A DNA stretch of 64,000 bases from Burkholderiaceae bacterium (GTDB taxonomy: Bacteria > Pseudomonadota > Gammaproteobacteria > Burkholderiales > Burkholderiaceae): contig CANGCM010000002.1 in NCBI GenBank assembly GCA_947452535.1, forward strand, positions 41,548 through 105,547, given 5' to 3'. Shown piece by piece: positions 19,681 through 30,284 of the stretch. Within the stretch, counting starts at the first letter, position 1. Each line of letters opens with the position of its first letter. A model generated the notes under the pieces. The model searched no databases, was not told where the DNA came from, and saw only the letters and a list, made by a program, of their open reading frames with translations. A program made the position numbers and the translations under genes.

Positions 19681-21212
19681 TAATTCGCCGGTTTATCCAA
19701 TTGAAATACCACTGGCGCATCCTCGTCAACCTTGCTTGGTGATTTTTCTGGCTTGGCTTCGTTGCCGTCTGTGAAATTAAATTCCTTACTTTCGGCCACT
19801 GCTGCTGGTTTATCTAAGAGAGTGGTGACTAGCGCCGGGAATGCCGCTACAACGACAACCATAACGAGTTGCAGTACTACCCAAGGTAATGCGCCCCAGT
19901 AGATGTCACTACTCTTAACTTCTTTGGGCGCTACACCGCGCAAATAGAAGAGTGCAAATCCAAAAGGGGGGTGCATAAATGAGGTTTGCATATTGACGCA
20001 GAGTATGACGCCAAACCAAACAAGTGCCGCGCTAGCAGCGGCTTGGGGGTTGCCGTTCATTGAAGCGAGCAACACTGGCCCTAAGAGCTTGACGGCAACC
20101 GGTGCCAGCATAGGCACTACGATGAATGCAATCTCGAAGAAGTCTAAGAAGAAGGCTAAGAAGAAAACAAATAGATTGACGACAACTAAGAAGCCAACCC
20201 AACCACCAGGCAGATTTGAAAATAACTCCTCCACCCAATGACCTCCATCCACACCTTGGAAGACGACTGAGAAGCAAGTGGAGCCAATCAAAATGAATAC
20301 CACCATGGCAGTAATGCGCATCGTGTTTTGGTAAGCCTCCTGAATTAGCCCCGTGAGATTGGGAATGCTCGCTCTACGAATCCAGGCTAAAAGCAGTGCA
20401 CCCATTGCCCCCATGGCGCCTGACTCAGTTGGAGTCGCAATTCCAGTCATGATGGTGCCGAGCACCAAGAAAATCAGCACCGCAGAAGGAATAATTCCCA
20501 TGAGGCATTTTTGCCAGAGTGGCCAACCTTTGAGTGTGAGTTCATTTTCTGGAGCAGCAGGTAAGTAGTCTGGCTTAAAGCGTGACAGAAAGAAGGTGTA
20601 GAGTGCAAAAAGACCAATTTGCAGAAGTGATGGGCCCCAAGCGCCGAGATAAATGCTGCCAACATCAGCGCTGCCACTTTGAGTCTTGAGTTGATCGGCT
20701 AACACGATCAAAACCAGTGAAGGGGGTACTAATTGCGTAATGGTCCCAGAAGCCGCTAAAACGCCCGTAGCGTAGCGCATGTTGTAGCCGTAACGCATCA
20801 TTACTGGTAGTGAGATCATGGCCATAGCGATCACCTGAGCAGCCACCGTGCCAGTGATCGCTCCCAAAATGAATCCCACAATGATTACTGAATAGCCGAG
20901 GCCACCCCGAATGCGCCCAAATAGTTGACCCATCGAGTCGAGCATTTCTTCGGCAAGACCACAGCGCTCCAAAATAGCACCCATGAAGGTGAAGAAAGGA
21001 ATAGCCAAGAGGAGATCATTCGCTAAAACGCTGCCAAAGATCCGTTGTGGAATAGCTTGTAAGAACGGCATACCAAAAAAGTTCTCACTAATGGCGATGC
21101 CAGCAAAAAAGAGACCTGCCGCCATTAAAGAAAATGCTACCGGAAAGCCGATCAACATAAACACAATCAGCCCGCCAAACATGAGTGGCGGCATCCATTC
21201 AAGTGGAATCAT
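19680..21212 (-). CDS. TRAP transporter large permease (DctM)
   Basis: LLAIPFFTFMGAILE, LVPPSLVLI, ATPTESGAMG, PPFGFALFYL. Confidence 0.92.
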   Translation of the reverse strand: MIPLEWMPPLMFGGLIVFMLIGFPVAFSLMAAGLFFAGIAISENFFGMPFLQAIPQRIFGSVLANDLLLAIPFFTFMGAILERCGLAEEMLDSMGQLFGRIRGGLGYSVIIVGFILGAITGTVAAQVIAMAMISLPVMMRYGYNMRYATGVLAASGTITQLVPPSLVLIVLADQLKTQSGSADVGSIYLGAWGPSLLQIGLFALYTFFLSRFKPDYLPAAPENELTLKGWPLWQKCLMGIIPSAVLIFLVLGTIMTGIATPTESGAMGAMGALLLAWIRRASIPNLTGLIQEAYQNTMRITAMVVFILIGSTCFSVVFQGVDGGHWVEELFSNLPGGWVGFLVVVNLFVFFLAFFLDFFEIAFIVVPMLAPVAVKLLGPVLLASMNGNPQAAASAALVWFGVILCVNMQTSFMHPPFGFALFYLRGVAPKEVKSSDIYWGALPWVVLQLVMVVVVAAFPALVTTLLDKPAAVAESKEFNFTDGNEAKPEKSPSKVDEDAPVVFQLDKPAN

Positions 21213-21760
21213 TGCATGGGCTTTTCATAATGAAGATCAGCGGATGGTAGCGTCTCCTTGCCTTGAAGAGCGCCAATCCGCTTAATGATTTCTGAGAGTC
21301 CTTGCAGGCTCAACATGAAGAAGCCGAAGGGAACGATCAACTTAATGGGATAGCGAGGTAAACCCCCTGCATTAAGCGAATGCTCCGAGACTAGCCAGGA
21401 GGGGTAGAACAAGGTGGTCCAGGATAGCCAGGCAAATAAGAGGCAAGCGGGCATCAAAAACAAACTTAAACCAAAGAGATCAATATAGAGGCGTCCGCGA
21501 TCCGATAGTTGAGAGTAAATTAAATCTACTCGAACATGCTCATTTCGTTTGAGGGTGTAAGAGGCGCCAAGCATGACGGCAGCGCTAAAGAGATACCACT
21601 GCAATTCTAATGGCCAGTTATTGCTGATATCTAAGCCGTAGCGCAGCAGCGCATTAGTCGCTGAAACTACGCAAGATAGCAAAATCATGATGCTAGCTAT
21701 CTTGCCTAGGAATTGATTTAGACGATCAATTCCAGTTGAGAGTGTTCCCCAAAACCCCAT
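21209..21760 (-). CDS. TRAP transporter small permease (DctQ)
   Basis: ELQWYLF..LGASYTL..NEHVRVD, four TM segments, ATGA overlap with dctM. Confidence 0.92.
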   Translation of the reverse strand: MGFWGTLSTGIDRLNQFLGKIASIMILLSCVVSATNALLRYGLDISNNWPLELQWYLFSAAVMLGASYTLKRNEHVRVDLIYSQLSDRGRLYIDLFGLSLFLMPACLLFAWLSWTTLFYPSWLVSEHSLNAGGLPRYPIKLIVPFGFFMLSLQGLSEIIKRIGALQGKETLPSADLHYEKPMQ

Positions 21761-21765
21761 CCGAT

Positions 21766-23184
21766 CTAGAGGTCCGCACGACCCCGCTGAATTGCGGCGA
21801 GTACTTGGGCTGGAGCAGTGCCACCAGCATGTTGACGGGAGTTAACAGATCCATCTACCGTTAATAGGGCAAACACATCATCACCCATGAGCTCAGGGCG
21901 ATTATCTAAGCCACAAGCAAAGCGCAACTCAGCAAGACTAAGGTCAGTCAACATGCAATTACGGCCAACGCAAGCTTTTACTGCATGGGCTACTGCTTCA
22001 TGAGCATCGCGGAAGGCCAAGCCTTTTTTAACTAGATAGTCGGCTAAGTCGGTCGCTGTTGCAAAGCCCTCTTCGGCAGCAGCTTTCATCACATCAGCCT
22101 TCACTTGAATATGGGGAACCATATCCGCGAAGATGCGCAAAGTATCTTGTACGGTATCAACCGCATCAAACAAAGGTTCCTTATCTTCTTGATTGTCTTT
22201 GTTATACGCCAATGGCTGACTCTTCATTAAAGTTAATAAAGACATTAAATCGCCATACACGCGCCCCGTTTTGCCACGAGCAAGCTCCGGCACGTCTGGA
22301 TTTTTCTTCTGCGGCATGATGGAGCTGCCGGTGCAGAAACGGTCTGGCAAATCAATAAAGCCAAAGCGTGGGCTCAGCCACAGTACCAACTCTTCGGAGA
22401 GGCGCGAGACGTGCATCATTAAGATGGATGCAAAGGCGCAGAACTCTATAGCGAAGTCACGGTCAGAGACTGCATCTAAAGAGTTATTGCAAATACCGTC
22501 AAAACCTAGAGTCTTGGCCACTTGCTCGCGATCAATTGGATAGGTCGTTCCAGCTAAAGCAGCGGCACCGAGCGGTAAGCGATTAAAGCGGGTGCGTAAA
22601 TCAGTTAAGCGACTCGCATCGCGGCTAAACATTTCGTAATAAGCCATCAAGTGATGACCAAAGGTAATGGGTTGAGCCACTTGTAAATGGGTGTGGCCTG
22701 GCATGATCGTGGCAGCGTGAGTCTCTGCAAGATCGAGCAAGGCAATACGTAATGTTTTGAGGGTCGTCGCAATTTGATCGACGCTGTCACGCAGCCATAG
22801 ACGTAAATCGGTTGCTACTTGGTCGTTGCGTGAGCGACCAGTATGTAGACGCTTTCCGGCATCGCCAACTAATGTAGTGAGGCGAGCCTCGATATTGAGA
22901 TGGACATCTTCTAGGGCGAGCTGCCAGTTAAATTCACCGGCTTCGATTTCCTGTTTAATCTGGGCCATACCTCTCTGAATATCGGCTAAATCTTGTGCGC
23001 TAATAATCTTTTGGGTCGCCAGCATTTCGGCGTGGGCCAAAGATCCTGCGATATCAACCAAGGCAAAACGTTGATCAAAGCCAATGGAGGCCGTATAACG
23101 CTGTACTAGTTCGTCGACAGGTTCGGTAAAGCGGGCCGACCAAGCTTGGGCTTTGTTGGCAAGGGAATTTTTTGATGAGCTCAT
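21766..23184 (-). CDS. argH: Argininosuccinate lyase
   Basis: [44 protein letters not shown]. Confidence 0.97.
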   Translation of the reverse strand: MSSSKNSLANKAQAWSARFTEPVDELVQRYTASIGFDQRFALVDIAGSLAHAEMLATQKIISAQDLADIQRGMAQIKQEIEAGEFNWQLALEDVHLNIEARLTTLVGDAGKRLHTGRSRNDQVATDLRLWLRDSVDQIATTLKTLRIALLDLAETHAATIMPGHTHLQVAQPITFGHHLMAYYEMFSRDASRLTDLRTRFNRLPLGAAALAGTTYPIDREQVAKTLGFDGICNNSLDAVSDRDFAIEFCAFASILMMHVSRLSEELVLWLSPRFGFIDLPDRFCTGSSIMPQKKNPDVPELARGKTGRVYGDLMSLLTLMKSQPLAYNKDNQEDKEPLFDAVDTVQDTLRIFADMVPHIQVKADVMKAAAEEGFATATDLADYLVKKGLAFRDAHEAVAHAVKACVGRNCMLTDLSLAELRFACGLDNRPELMGDDVFALLTVDGSVNSRQHAGGTAPAQVLAAIQRGRADL

Positions 23185-23225
23185 AAACGCAGTATATTGG
23201 TAGGTCTTTTATTATTTTAAATGCT

Positions 23226-24185
23226 ATGTCCGAAACCTCTATTTCTAGCGCTCCTAAGCGCCTTGTAATTGCCTCTCGCGAGAGCCGGCTTGCCATGTGG
23301 CAGGCGGAATACGTGCGGGATTGCCTCAAAAAGCTCTATCCAAGCTGCGATGTCCAGATCTTGGGTATGACTACCCGTGGAGACCAGATATTGGATAGGG
23401 CCCTCTCCAAAGTAGGCGGAAAGGGCTTATTTGTGAAGGAGCTTGAAACTGCTCTGGAAGATGGTCGAGCTGATTTGGCGGTGCATTCTCTCAAAGATGT
23501 CCCAATGGTGATGCCAACAGGCTTTGATTTGTCTTGCGTCATGGCGCGTGAAGATGCCCATGATGCATTGGTTTCTAATGACTATGCCAGTCTGGAAGAT
23601 TTACCAAAAGGCGCAATCGTGGGTACGTCTAGCTTGCGACGTGAATCTGTTCTCAGAGCCAAGTTTCCCCATTTAGTCATTGAGCCTTTGCGTGGCAATT
23701 TGGATACCCGCATGAGTAAGTTAGATCGCGGCGAGTACCAGGCCATTATTTTGGCTGCCGCAGGTCTCAAGCGCCTCGGCTTAGAAAGTCGAATTCGAGC
23801 ACTATTGCCGATTGATCCCTATACTCCTGCAGCTGGGCAGGGTGCTTTGGGGATCGAAACCCTTAGCAAGCATCCCAACATTAAGCAGTGGCTTGCCCCA
23901 CTGAATGACTTAGCAACTTTGTATGCAGTCTCTGCCGAACGCATGGTGTCGCGCCAGCTTGGCGGATCTTGTGAGGTACCTCTTGCGGCATATGCTACTT
24001 GGGATCAGGGTCAGATGAATATTCGATCTTTTGTAGCTAGCGTAGACGGCAAGGCATCTTGCCTCGCTACCGCGCAAGGTGCAGTAAGGAGTCTAGAGGA
24101 TGCAGAAGCCTTGGGCTTTTCTGTGGCACAAGATTTAATTGCGCAGGGTGCTGCAAGCTTGTTACCAAATGGCTTGCCCCAGTAA
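23226..24185 (+). CDS. hemC: Hydroxymethylbilane synthase
   Basis: [44 protein letters not shown]. Confidence 0.97.
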   Translation: MSETSISSAPKRLVIASRESRLAMWQAEYVRDCLKKLYPSCDVQILGMTTRGDQILDRALSKVGGKGLFVKELETALEDGRADLAVHSLKDVPMVMPTGFDLSCVMAREDAHDALVSNDYASLEDLPKGAIVGTSSLRRESVLRAKFPHLVIEPLRGNLDTRMSKLDRGEYQAIILAAAGLKRLGLESRIRALLPIDPYTPAAGQGALGIETLSKHPNIKQWLAPLNDLATLYAVSAERMVSRQLGGSCEVPLAAYATWDQGQMNIRSFVASVDGKASCLATAQGAVRSLEDAEALGFSVAQDLIAQGAASLLPNGLPQ

Positions 24186-24206
24186 TTCTCAATCTCACAA
24201 AGCATC

Positions 24207-25016
24207 ATGAGTAGCAAGACTATTGTGATTACCCGCCCTAGTGGTCAGGGTCGACAATTGTCCGAAACGCTACAAACGAGCTTAGTGAAGAGTGGTATCG
24301 CAAAAGAATCTTTCCCCAGAATTATTGCTTTGCCATTGCTTACCATCGTCCCGAAGAGTGAGGATGCTTTATCTCATCGGCTGATTCAAGCACTTCAATC
24401 TGCCGACCTGGCGATATTCGTAAGCCCTAATGCCATTGAGTGCACTCTGCGACTTATAGAAAAGCCTTGGCAGGATCTAGCGAATCATTTGATTCCTATT
24501 GGGGTAATGGGTGGCAGCAGTATGACAGCCTTAAAAAATCATGGCATTGGTACTGAGAGCGCTCCCACATCTGTCATTCTTCCTCAAGACAATGCCCATT
24601 GGGATTCTGAGGGCTTATGGCTTGAGTTGCAGAAGTTGCAATGGAATTGGCCAGATAAAAAAGTGCTCATTTTCAAAGGTGAGGGTGGGCGTGACTGGTT
24701 AGCGGAAACCTTAAAAAATGCAGGGGCGCAGGTCGAGGCAATTTCCGTTTATAAGCGCGTGCCTCTGGCTCTGGATAATCCAGCTTGGCATGACATTCAT
24801 GAGATAGATTTTGCACAATCCCTTTGGTTGCTGACCTCGTCTGAGGCAGTACGCTACTTAGGACAAGCGAGCTTGAAGCTAGAGCTCGCAACAGCGATCT
24901 GTCCACATCACAATATTGCAGATGCTGCCAAGCAAGTTGGCTTTGGGAAAGTGTTGACTTGTGAGCCCGGAGATGACGCTTTGATCGCAGCATCGCAAGC
25001 TTGGGCCGCTATTTAA
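24207..25016 (+). CDS. hemD: Uroporphyrinogen-III synthase
   Basis: VITRP, IFVSPNA, DSEGL, GEGGRDWL, VY.R, TSSEAV. Follows hemC. Confidence 0.9.
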   Translation: MSSKTIVITRPSGQGRQLSETLQTSLVKSGIAKESFPRIIALPLLTIVPKSEDALSHRLIQALQSADLAIFVSPNAIECTLRLIEKPWQDLANHLIPIGVMGGSSMTALKNHGIGTESAPTSVILPQDNAHWDSEGLWLELQKLQWNWPDKKVLIFKGEGGRDWLAETLKNAGAQVEAISVYKRVPLALDNPAWHDIHEIDFAQSLWLLTSSEAVRYLGQASLKLELATAICPHHNIADAAKQVGFGKVLTCEPGDDALIAASQAWAAI

Positions 25017-25585
25017 TCTAATCGGTGGTTCAGGAGGGCTGGTAGAAATACCTCGCTCACTAAGAGTGGGCGACCTTTGAGCTTATAGAGTGTTCTTCTT
25101 GCCCAACTAGCCGATGGTAGTTCAGGATATAACTGTAAACATTTTTTCCATAGCGCACTTTGTTTATCAAGACGGGCAATTTCCCGAAGCGGTTTTTTGT
25201 GGGAGTGCATGCGCGTTTTTGCAAATAGAACAGCGCCTAATGGCTTCTTGCCCAAGCGCAGAACCTCATGATTACTTCCGCTTGCGCTCATGGTGGGAAT
25301 AATGCTGCGTGCCATGACCAGCGGAATACCATTGGCGCAGAGCAAAACTTCTCGTATACGGCAATGTTTTATCTTGAAGTGAAAATAGCGACTTTCGTCG
25401 CTATCTACATTTTGTCGGCAATCGCGCAATACTAAAACATCTAGTTTTTGACCAATTGCCTGTTCAATTTTTTGGGTTAAAGAACCAGTATCGCTAAGCC
25501 AAGACTGCCACTGACGTGGCGCTTGATGAAGTTCACCGGAATCGACTCGATTCCATGCAGAACGGAGACGAGAACGGTGAGCCAT
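25013..25585 (-). CDS. ubiC: Chorismate--pyruvate lyase
   Basis: WLSDTGSLT, REVLL, ARSIIP, LGKKPLG.VLF, WARR, LLVSEVFLP. Confidence 0.9.
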   Translation of the reverse strand: MAHRSRLRSAWNRVDSGELHQAPRQWQSWLSDTGSLTQKIEQAIGQKLDVLVLRDCRQNVDSDESRYFHFKIKHCRIREVLLCANGIPLVMARSIIPTMSASGSNHEVLRLGKKPLGAVLFAKTRMHSHKKPLREIARLDKQSALWKKCLQLYPELPSASWARRTLYKLKGRPLLVSEVFLPALLNHRLD

Positions 25586-25587
25586 GT

Positions 25588-27180
25588 TTAGTTGCCGCTA
25601 AAGCTTCTACGTTGTCCACCAGTTTTGGGTTTAGCAAAACGGGGACCAGCAGACGGACGCGAGTCACCAGAGCGCGCAGGACGTGAGTCGCCGGACGGAC
25701 GGGAGTCACCAGAGCGCGCAGGGCGTGAATCAGCAAAACGATTGGCGCCAGCAGCAGGACGCGAGTCGCCAGATGGACGTGAGTCACCAGAGCGAGATTC
25801 AAAATGATTACCTGAGCGATTACCGCCACCACCACCGCTACCAGAGCGAGACTCTGAACGAGCGCCTGAACCATAACGTCCGCCACCACCACCGCCGCCA
25901 GAACGACCGCCACCACCGAAACCACCGGAACGACCGCCACCTGGGCGACCGCCGCCACCACCAAAACTAGGTTTAGCTTGTGGCTCGAGACCAGCGATCA
26001 CTGAAGCAACAATATCTTGCTGTGTAAAACGTTCAATGTTACGAATCTTGGCGCGATCACGATGTTCAACCAAAGTAATAGCAACACCATTACGACCAGC
26101 GCGTCCAGTTCTACCGATGCGGTGCGTATAGTCTTCTGGTTTCATTGGCAAGCCAAAGTTAATCACGTGACTGATACGAGGTACATCGATACCACGAGCG
26201 GCCACATCAGTTGCCACCAAAATCTTGGTATGACCTTTACGCAAAGACTCAAGACGACGCATACGAACAGCTTGAGGCATAGCACCATGTAAGGCGCTTG
26301 CTTCGTAACCATTGGCACGCAAGGTATCAGCAATCTTTTCACTTTCAATTTGGGTGCTTGCAAACACAACTGCTTGATCCAAAGAGGCATCAGCCAAAAT
26401 ATGTTCGAGCAATTTATGCTTGTGTGACATGCTGTCAGCCCAATGCAACTTCTGTTCGATATTGGCATGCTTTTCACCAGCGTGAGCAAGCTCAATACGC
26501 TTAGCATTCGTAGTCAACTCATTAGCCAGAGACATAATCTTTGGTGCAAAAGTCGCAGAGAACATCAAGGTTTGAGTGCGGCTAGCGCAACGTTTATCAA
26601 TTGCTTCGAGATCATCAGCAAATCCCATGTCCAGCATGCGATCCGCTTCATCGATAACGAGTTGTTTTACATCATCTAAGCGAATCGCTTTGCTGTCCGT
26701 CAGGTCGAGTAAACGACCTGGAGTTGCGACAACTAACAATGCGCCTTTAAGGGCTTGGATTTGCTTGCCATAAGGCATTCCACCCATGACAGTTGCGATA
26801 CGAATACCCTTCATGCCACGAACTAAGTTCACTGCATCTGCAGCAACCTGTTGAGCTAATTCACGGGTAGGGCAGAGCACTAACACTTTAGGTTGAGCGC
26901 GGCCTGGTACAGGCGAGTTGTTCGGATTGTCTTCGATGAGTTGATTAATCAAAGGCAATAAAAAGGCTGCAGTTTTACCGCTACCAGTTTGGCTGCTGAC
27001 TAATAAGTCACCGCCAGCGAGAGCCGCAGGAATAACCTGAGCTTGCACTTCAGTGGCTTGGGTGTAACCCAGTTCAGCAACGTTTTTAAGGAGTTGCGCC
27101 GCAAGGGCGAAAGACTGGAACTCAGTTCCAGCTGGTTTTGAGTCCTTAGACTCATGATTAGTTTCTTTAGAAAAAGTCAT
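25588..27180 (-). CDS. DEAD-box RNA helicase with low-complexity C-terminal tail
   Basis: Q-motif, TGSGKT, PTRELA, TPGRL, DEAD, SAT, ARGID, HRIGRTGR. Start placed at ATG 27180. Confidence 0.95.
   Translation of the reverse strand: MTFSKETNHESKDSKPAGTEFQSFALAAQLLKNVAELGYTQATEVQAQVIPAALAGGDLLVSSQTGSGKTAAFLLPLINQLIEDNPNNSPVPGRAQPKVLVLCPTRELAQQVAADAVNLVRGMKGIRIATVMGGMPYGKQIQALKGALLVVATPGRLLDLTDSKAIRLDDVKQLVIDEADRMLDMGFADDLEAIDKRCASRTQTLMFSATFAPKIMSLANELTTNAKRIELAHAGEKHANIEQKLHWADSMSHKHKLLEHILADASLDQAVVFASTQIESEKIADTLRANGYEASALHGAMPQAVRMRRLESLRKGHTKILVATDVAARGIDVPRISHVINFGLPMKPEDYTHRIGRTGRAGRNGVAITLVEHRDRAKIRNIERFTQQDIVASVIAGLEPQAKPSFGGGGGRPGGGRSGGFGGGGRSGGGGGGGRYGSGARSESRSGSGGGGGNRSGNHFESRSGDSRPSGDSRPAAGANRFADSRPARSGDSRPSGDSRPARSGDSRPSAGPRFAKPKTGGQRRSFSGN
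25650..25965 (-). repeat. Coding repeats: Gly/Arg-rich tract plus about six DSRP units in the helicase tail
   Basis: Translation SGDSRPSGDSRPAAGANRFADSRPARSGDSRPSGDSRPARSGDSRP, preceded by GGGGR/S repeats. Confidence 0.85.
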
Positions 27181-27430
27181 GCTATTACACATCCCTATGA
27201 AGGGATGTCTCCGTGTATACACTCTCTGTTTTTTTGAGTGTGATGGTCAAAGGCATCGACCATCAGGCAGGCGGCAGCGCGTTTTTTAAAATCGGTGTTT
27301 ATGACTTCTACACGATACGCTGAAATATAGCTGGGGGGCGATGAATCAAATTGCTTTAAAAAGCCTCCTATTATGACATTTTAATTGCGGTAGTACAAGG
27401 GTTTTCCCGAATTAATTACTACTGAGGGAA

Positions 27431-28852
27431 TTAGGACAGCCAGCGCAATAAACGCTCCACAGCTTTGTTATAGGGCGGTCGAGCCAGCTTAGTGCCGCGT
27501 AAAAAAGGAAGACCAAACAAGCCACGGACCTCTAAAACAGATTTGCGATGGCTAAACGCCTCAAATCCGACTTTGCCATGGTATGCCCCCATCCCGCTGG
27601 CACCAACACCACCAAAAGGCAGATCTTCGATAGCTGCATGCAAAAGAGTGTCATTGATTGTCATGCCGCCAGAGCGGGTCTCGTTGAGGAATTGCTTCAT
27701 CACCTTCTTATTTTTACCAAACCAATATAGCGCTAGCGGTATTGGGCGCTCATTGATATAGCGAATAGTGGAGGGGATATCGTTGATTGCTACGATCGGC
27801 AAAATAGGGCCGAAGACCTCTTCTTGCATGATGAGAGCATCTTCGGAAACATTGAGGAGTGCTAAGGGCGTGAAGGGCGGCGTCTTATCGGTATTAGAAG
27901 AAATCAGAGGAATGGCTTTTGCTCCCCGATTGACTGCATCTTCAACTAGCTGATGCCAGCGCGTCAATTGATGCTCATCAATCGCACTGGTGAATTCTTC
28001 AGGATTCGAGAATTGATTTTGAGCTGCACGCTGAAGCTCTTGAACAAACTCCTCACAATCACTGGCATGTAACAAAACGTAATCAGGTGCAATACAGGTT
28101 TGACCACCATTAATGAGCTTGCCGTAAACGATGCTAGCGGCAGCATCTTTCAGATTAGCTGATGGATCAACAATGGCGGGGGACTTGCCGCCGAGCTCTA
28201 AGGTAACGGGTGTGAGGTGATCAGCGGCTGCACGCATCACCTTTTTGCCTACATCTCCTGAGCCTGTAAAAAACAAATGATCAAAAGGGAGTGCTGCAAA
28301 AGATTCCGCAAGATCCGGTCCGCCGATGCTCACACAAAACTCACTAGGGTGAAAATATTCCTGAATCAACATTGCCAAGAATCCAGAGGTGCGAGAACTC
28401 CTTTCTGACGGCTTGAGCCATACTCGATTGCCAGCTGCAAAGGCTGCGATAGTGGGAACAAGCGCTAGTTGAATGGGGTAATTCCAGGGGCTCATGATGC
28501 CCACAACGCCCATAGATTGCATTTGGGTCCAGGCATGCGAAGAGCCCAAGAACCCTGGTGTTGGAACAAGCTGGGGCTTCATCCATTCTTTCAGGTGTTT
28601 GCGGACATGTTTGCAGGCCTGATAGATCATCTGAAATTCAAGTAGTCGACTCTCAATTGGGTGGCGAGTACCGAAGTCTGCAGACAAGACTTTGCTAATT
28701 TTTTCCTCGTTAGCAATCATCATTTGCTCAATGCGCCCGATGCGCTCAAGGCGAACCTCTAAGCTAGGGTTTGGCTCTAAAGCATAAGCAGCTTTGATTT
28801 CATCTAATTGGAGTGTGAAGCGGTTTATGGACATGAGGTTTATAGATGGCAA
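27431..28852 (-). CDS. NAD(P)-dependent aldehyde dehydrogenase (class 3 / coniferyl-aldehyde dehydrogenase-like)
   Basis: SPWNYP, KPSE, FTGS, LELGGKSP, GQTCIAPDY, EEVFGP, PFGGVGASGMGAYHG. Start uncertain (28852 TTG or 28834 ATG). Confidence 0.9.
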   Translation of the reverse strand: MPSINLMSINRFTLQLDEIKAAYALEPNPSLEVRLERIGRIEQMMIANEEKISKVLSADFGTRHPIESRLLEFQMIYQACKHVRKHLKEWMKPQLVPTPGFLGSSHAWTQMQSMGVVGIMSPWNYPIQLALVPTIAAFAAGNRVWLKPSERSSRTSGFLAMLIQEYFHPSEFCVSIGGPDLAESFAALPFDHLFFTGSGDVGKKVMRAAADHLTPVTLELGGKSPAIVDPSANLKDAAASIVYGKLINGGQTCIAPDYVLLHASDCEEFVQELQRAAQNQFSNPEEFTSAIDEHQLTRWHQLVEDAVNRGAKAIPLISSNTDKTPPFTPLALLNVSEDALIMQEEVFGPILPIVAINDIPSTIRYINERPIPLALYWFGKNKKVMKQFLNETRSGGMTINDTLLHAAIEDLPFGGVGASGMGAYHGKVGFEAFSHRKSVLEVRGLFGLPFLRGTKLARPPYNKAVERLLRWLS

Positions 28853-28885
28853 GCAAAAGTTTTAAGAAGGCATTAGGATAAAGCC

Positions 28886-29458
28886 ATGAGCGAAATCATC
28901 GGTAAAAATCACCCTGTCTTAGAGCGCGCCACTTTGGGTGGCGGTTGTTTCTGGTGCCTAGAGGCGGTTTATCAGCAAATTTCAGGCGTGAGTTCGGTAG
29001 TGTCTGGGTATGCGGGTGGAGCAATGCTCAATCCTGACTATGAGTCGATCTGCTCTGGTCAAACTGGCCATGCAGAAATTGTCGACGTGTATTTTGATCC
29101 GAAGATAGTATCTTTTCGCGACTTACTGGAAATCTTTTTTGTCATTCATGACCCAACAACCTTGAACTACCAAGGCAATGATCGCGGTACGCAATACCGC
29201 TCAGTCATTTTTACCCATAGCGAAAGTCAAAGTGTTGCAGCTCACGACTTAGTCAGGGAGTTGGAGGAGGCGAAGGCCTATGCCAATCCGGTAGTGACGC
29301 AAATTGATGCAGCCCCCATCATTTATCCAGCCGAAGAGTATCACCAGAATTATTTTCGTCAGCACCCAGGTCAGGGCTACTGTATGGCAGTTGTAGCTCC
29401 TAAATTAGCAAAATTTAGAGCCAAGTTTCAGTCCTTAATTGCTCCAGAGTTTCGCTAA
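28886..29458 (+). CDS. msrA: Peptide-methionine (S)-S-oxide reductase
   Basis: GGGCFWCLE, TGHAE, RGTQYRS, AEEYHQNY, GYC. Confidence 0.96.
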   Translation: MSEIIGKNHPVLERATLGGGCFWCLEAVYQQISGVSSVVSGYAGGAMLNPDYESICSGQTGHAEIVDVYFDPKIVSFRDLLEIFFVIHDPTTLNYQGNDRGTQYRSVIFTHSESQSVAAHDLVRELEEAKAYANPVVTQIDAAPIIYPAEEYHQNYFRQHPGQGYCMAVVAPKLAKFRAKFQSLIAPEFR

Positions 29459-29489
29459 GGCAAGCAGACCTCACTCCTGCGATTCTCTT

Positions 29490-30134
29490 TTAGGGTGCTA
29501 GGCGAGTGATACGCCAGCGAGCCCCATCCATTTGATAGTGAATGCGGTCATGAAGGCGTGAAGGTCTACCTTGCCAAAATTCAATCTCCGTTGGACGCAG
29601 GCGATATCCTCCCCAATGCGCTGGTCGTGGAGGCTTATCTCCAAAGTCCGCTACAAAACGTTTCTCCGCCTCTTCAAGAAATTCCCGATTTGGAATCTCA
29701 GCGCTTTGTGGTGAGGCCCAGGCTCCAATGCGAGAAGCGGCCGGGCGAGAATGAAAGTATTCATCACTCTCAGCGGCAGTCACTTTTTCAACTAGGCCTT
29801 TGATGCGAACCTGGCGTTCAAGTTCATGCCAGTGAAATAGCAGTGCTGCGTGAGGGCGCAGGGCTAATTCTTTACCTTTTTGACTTTCATAGTTGGTAAA
29901 GAAGCTGAAGCCGGCCTCATCTGCGCCTTTTAGCAAAACAATGCGCGCTGATGGATTGCCGACTTCATCGGCAGTCGCTAGCGTCATTGAGTTAGGCTCT
30001 GGGCATTCTACTTTGATTGCCTGATCAAACCAAACCTGAAATAAGGTCAAGGGATTAGGTGGAACCTCGGTTTCTGAAAGCTGACCGAAGGTATAGTTTT
30101 TGCGGAGTTGAGCAATAGATGTGTTACTTGACAT
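29490..30134 (-). CDS. pdxH: Pyridoxine/pyridoxamine 5'-phosphate oxidase
   Basis: [48 protein letters not shown]. Confidence 0.96.
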   Translation of the reverse strand: MSSNTSIAQLRKNYTFGQLSETEVPPNPLTLFQVWFDQAIKVECPEPNSMTLATADEVGNPSARIVLLKGADEAGFSFFTNYESQKGKELALRPHAALLFHWHELERQVRIKGLVEKVTAAESDEYFHSRPAASRIGAWASPQSAEIPNREFLEEAEKRFVADFGDKPPRPAHWGGYRLRPTEIEFWQGRPSRLHDRIHYQMDGARWRITRLAP

Positions 30135-30284
30135 AGTTTAAGGATAAACCAATTGTAAGTAGTTGGTTTTATGGGTCCTGGAGGACTGGATGAGACATTT
30201 TCTTATGTCAAATACCCCTGATATTTTGCATCTGACAGCGTGATGTGAGCTCTTGTAGAATGGAAAAGCAATATTTACTACCTT

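Noticed and set aside
25533-25970. Overlapping alternative-frame ORFs (143, 71 and 95 aa) over the helicase tail
   Set aside because: Stop-free by-products of the low-complexity repeat. They are also not a CRISPR array, since they are coding and have no unique spacers.
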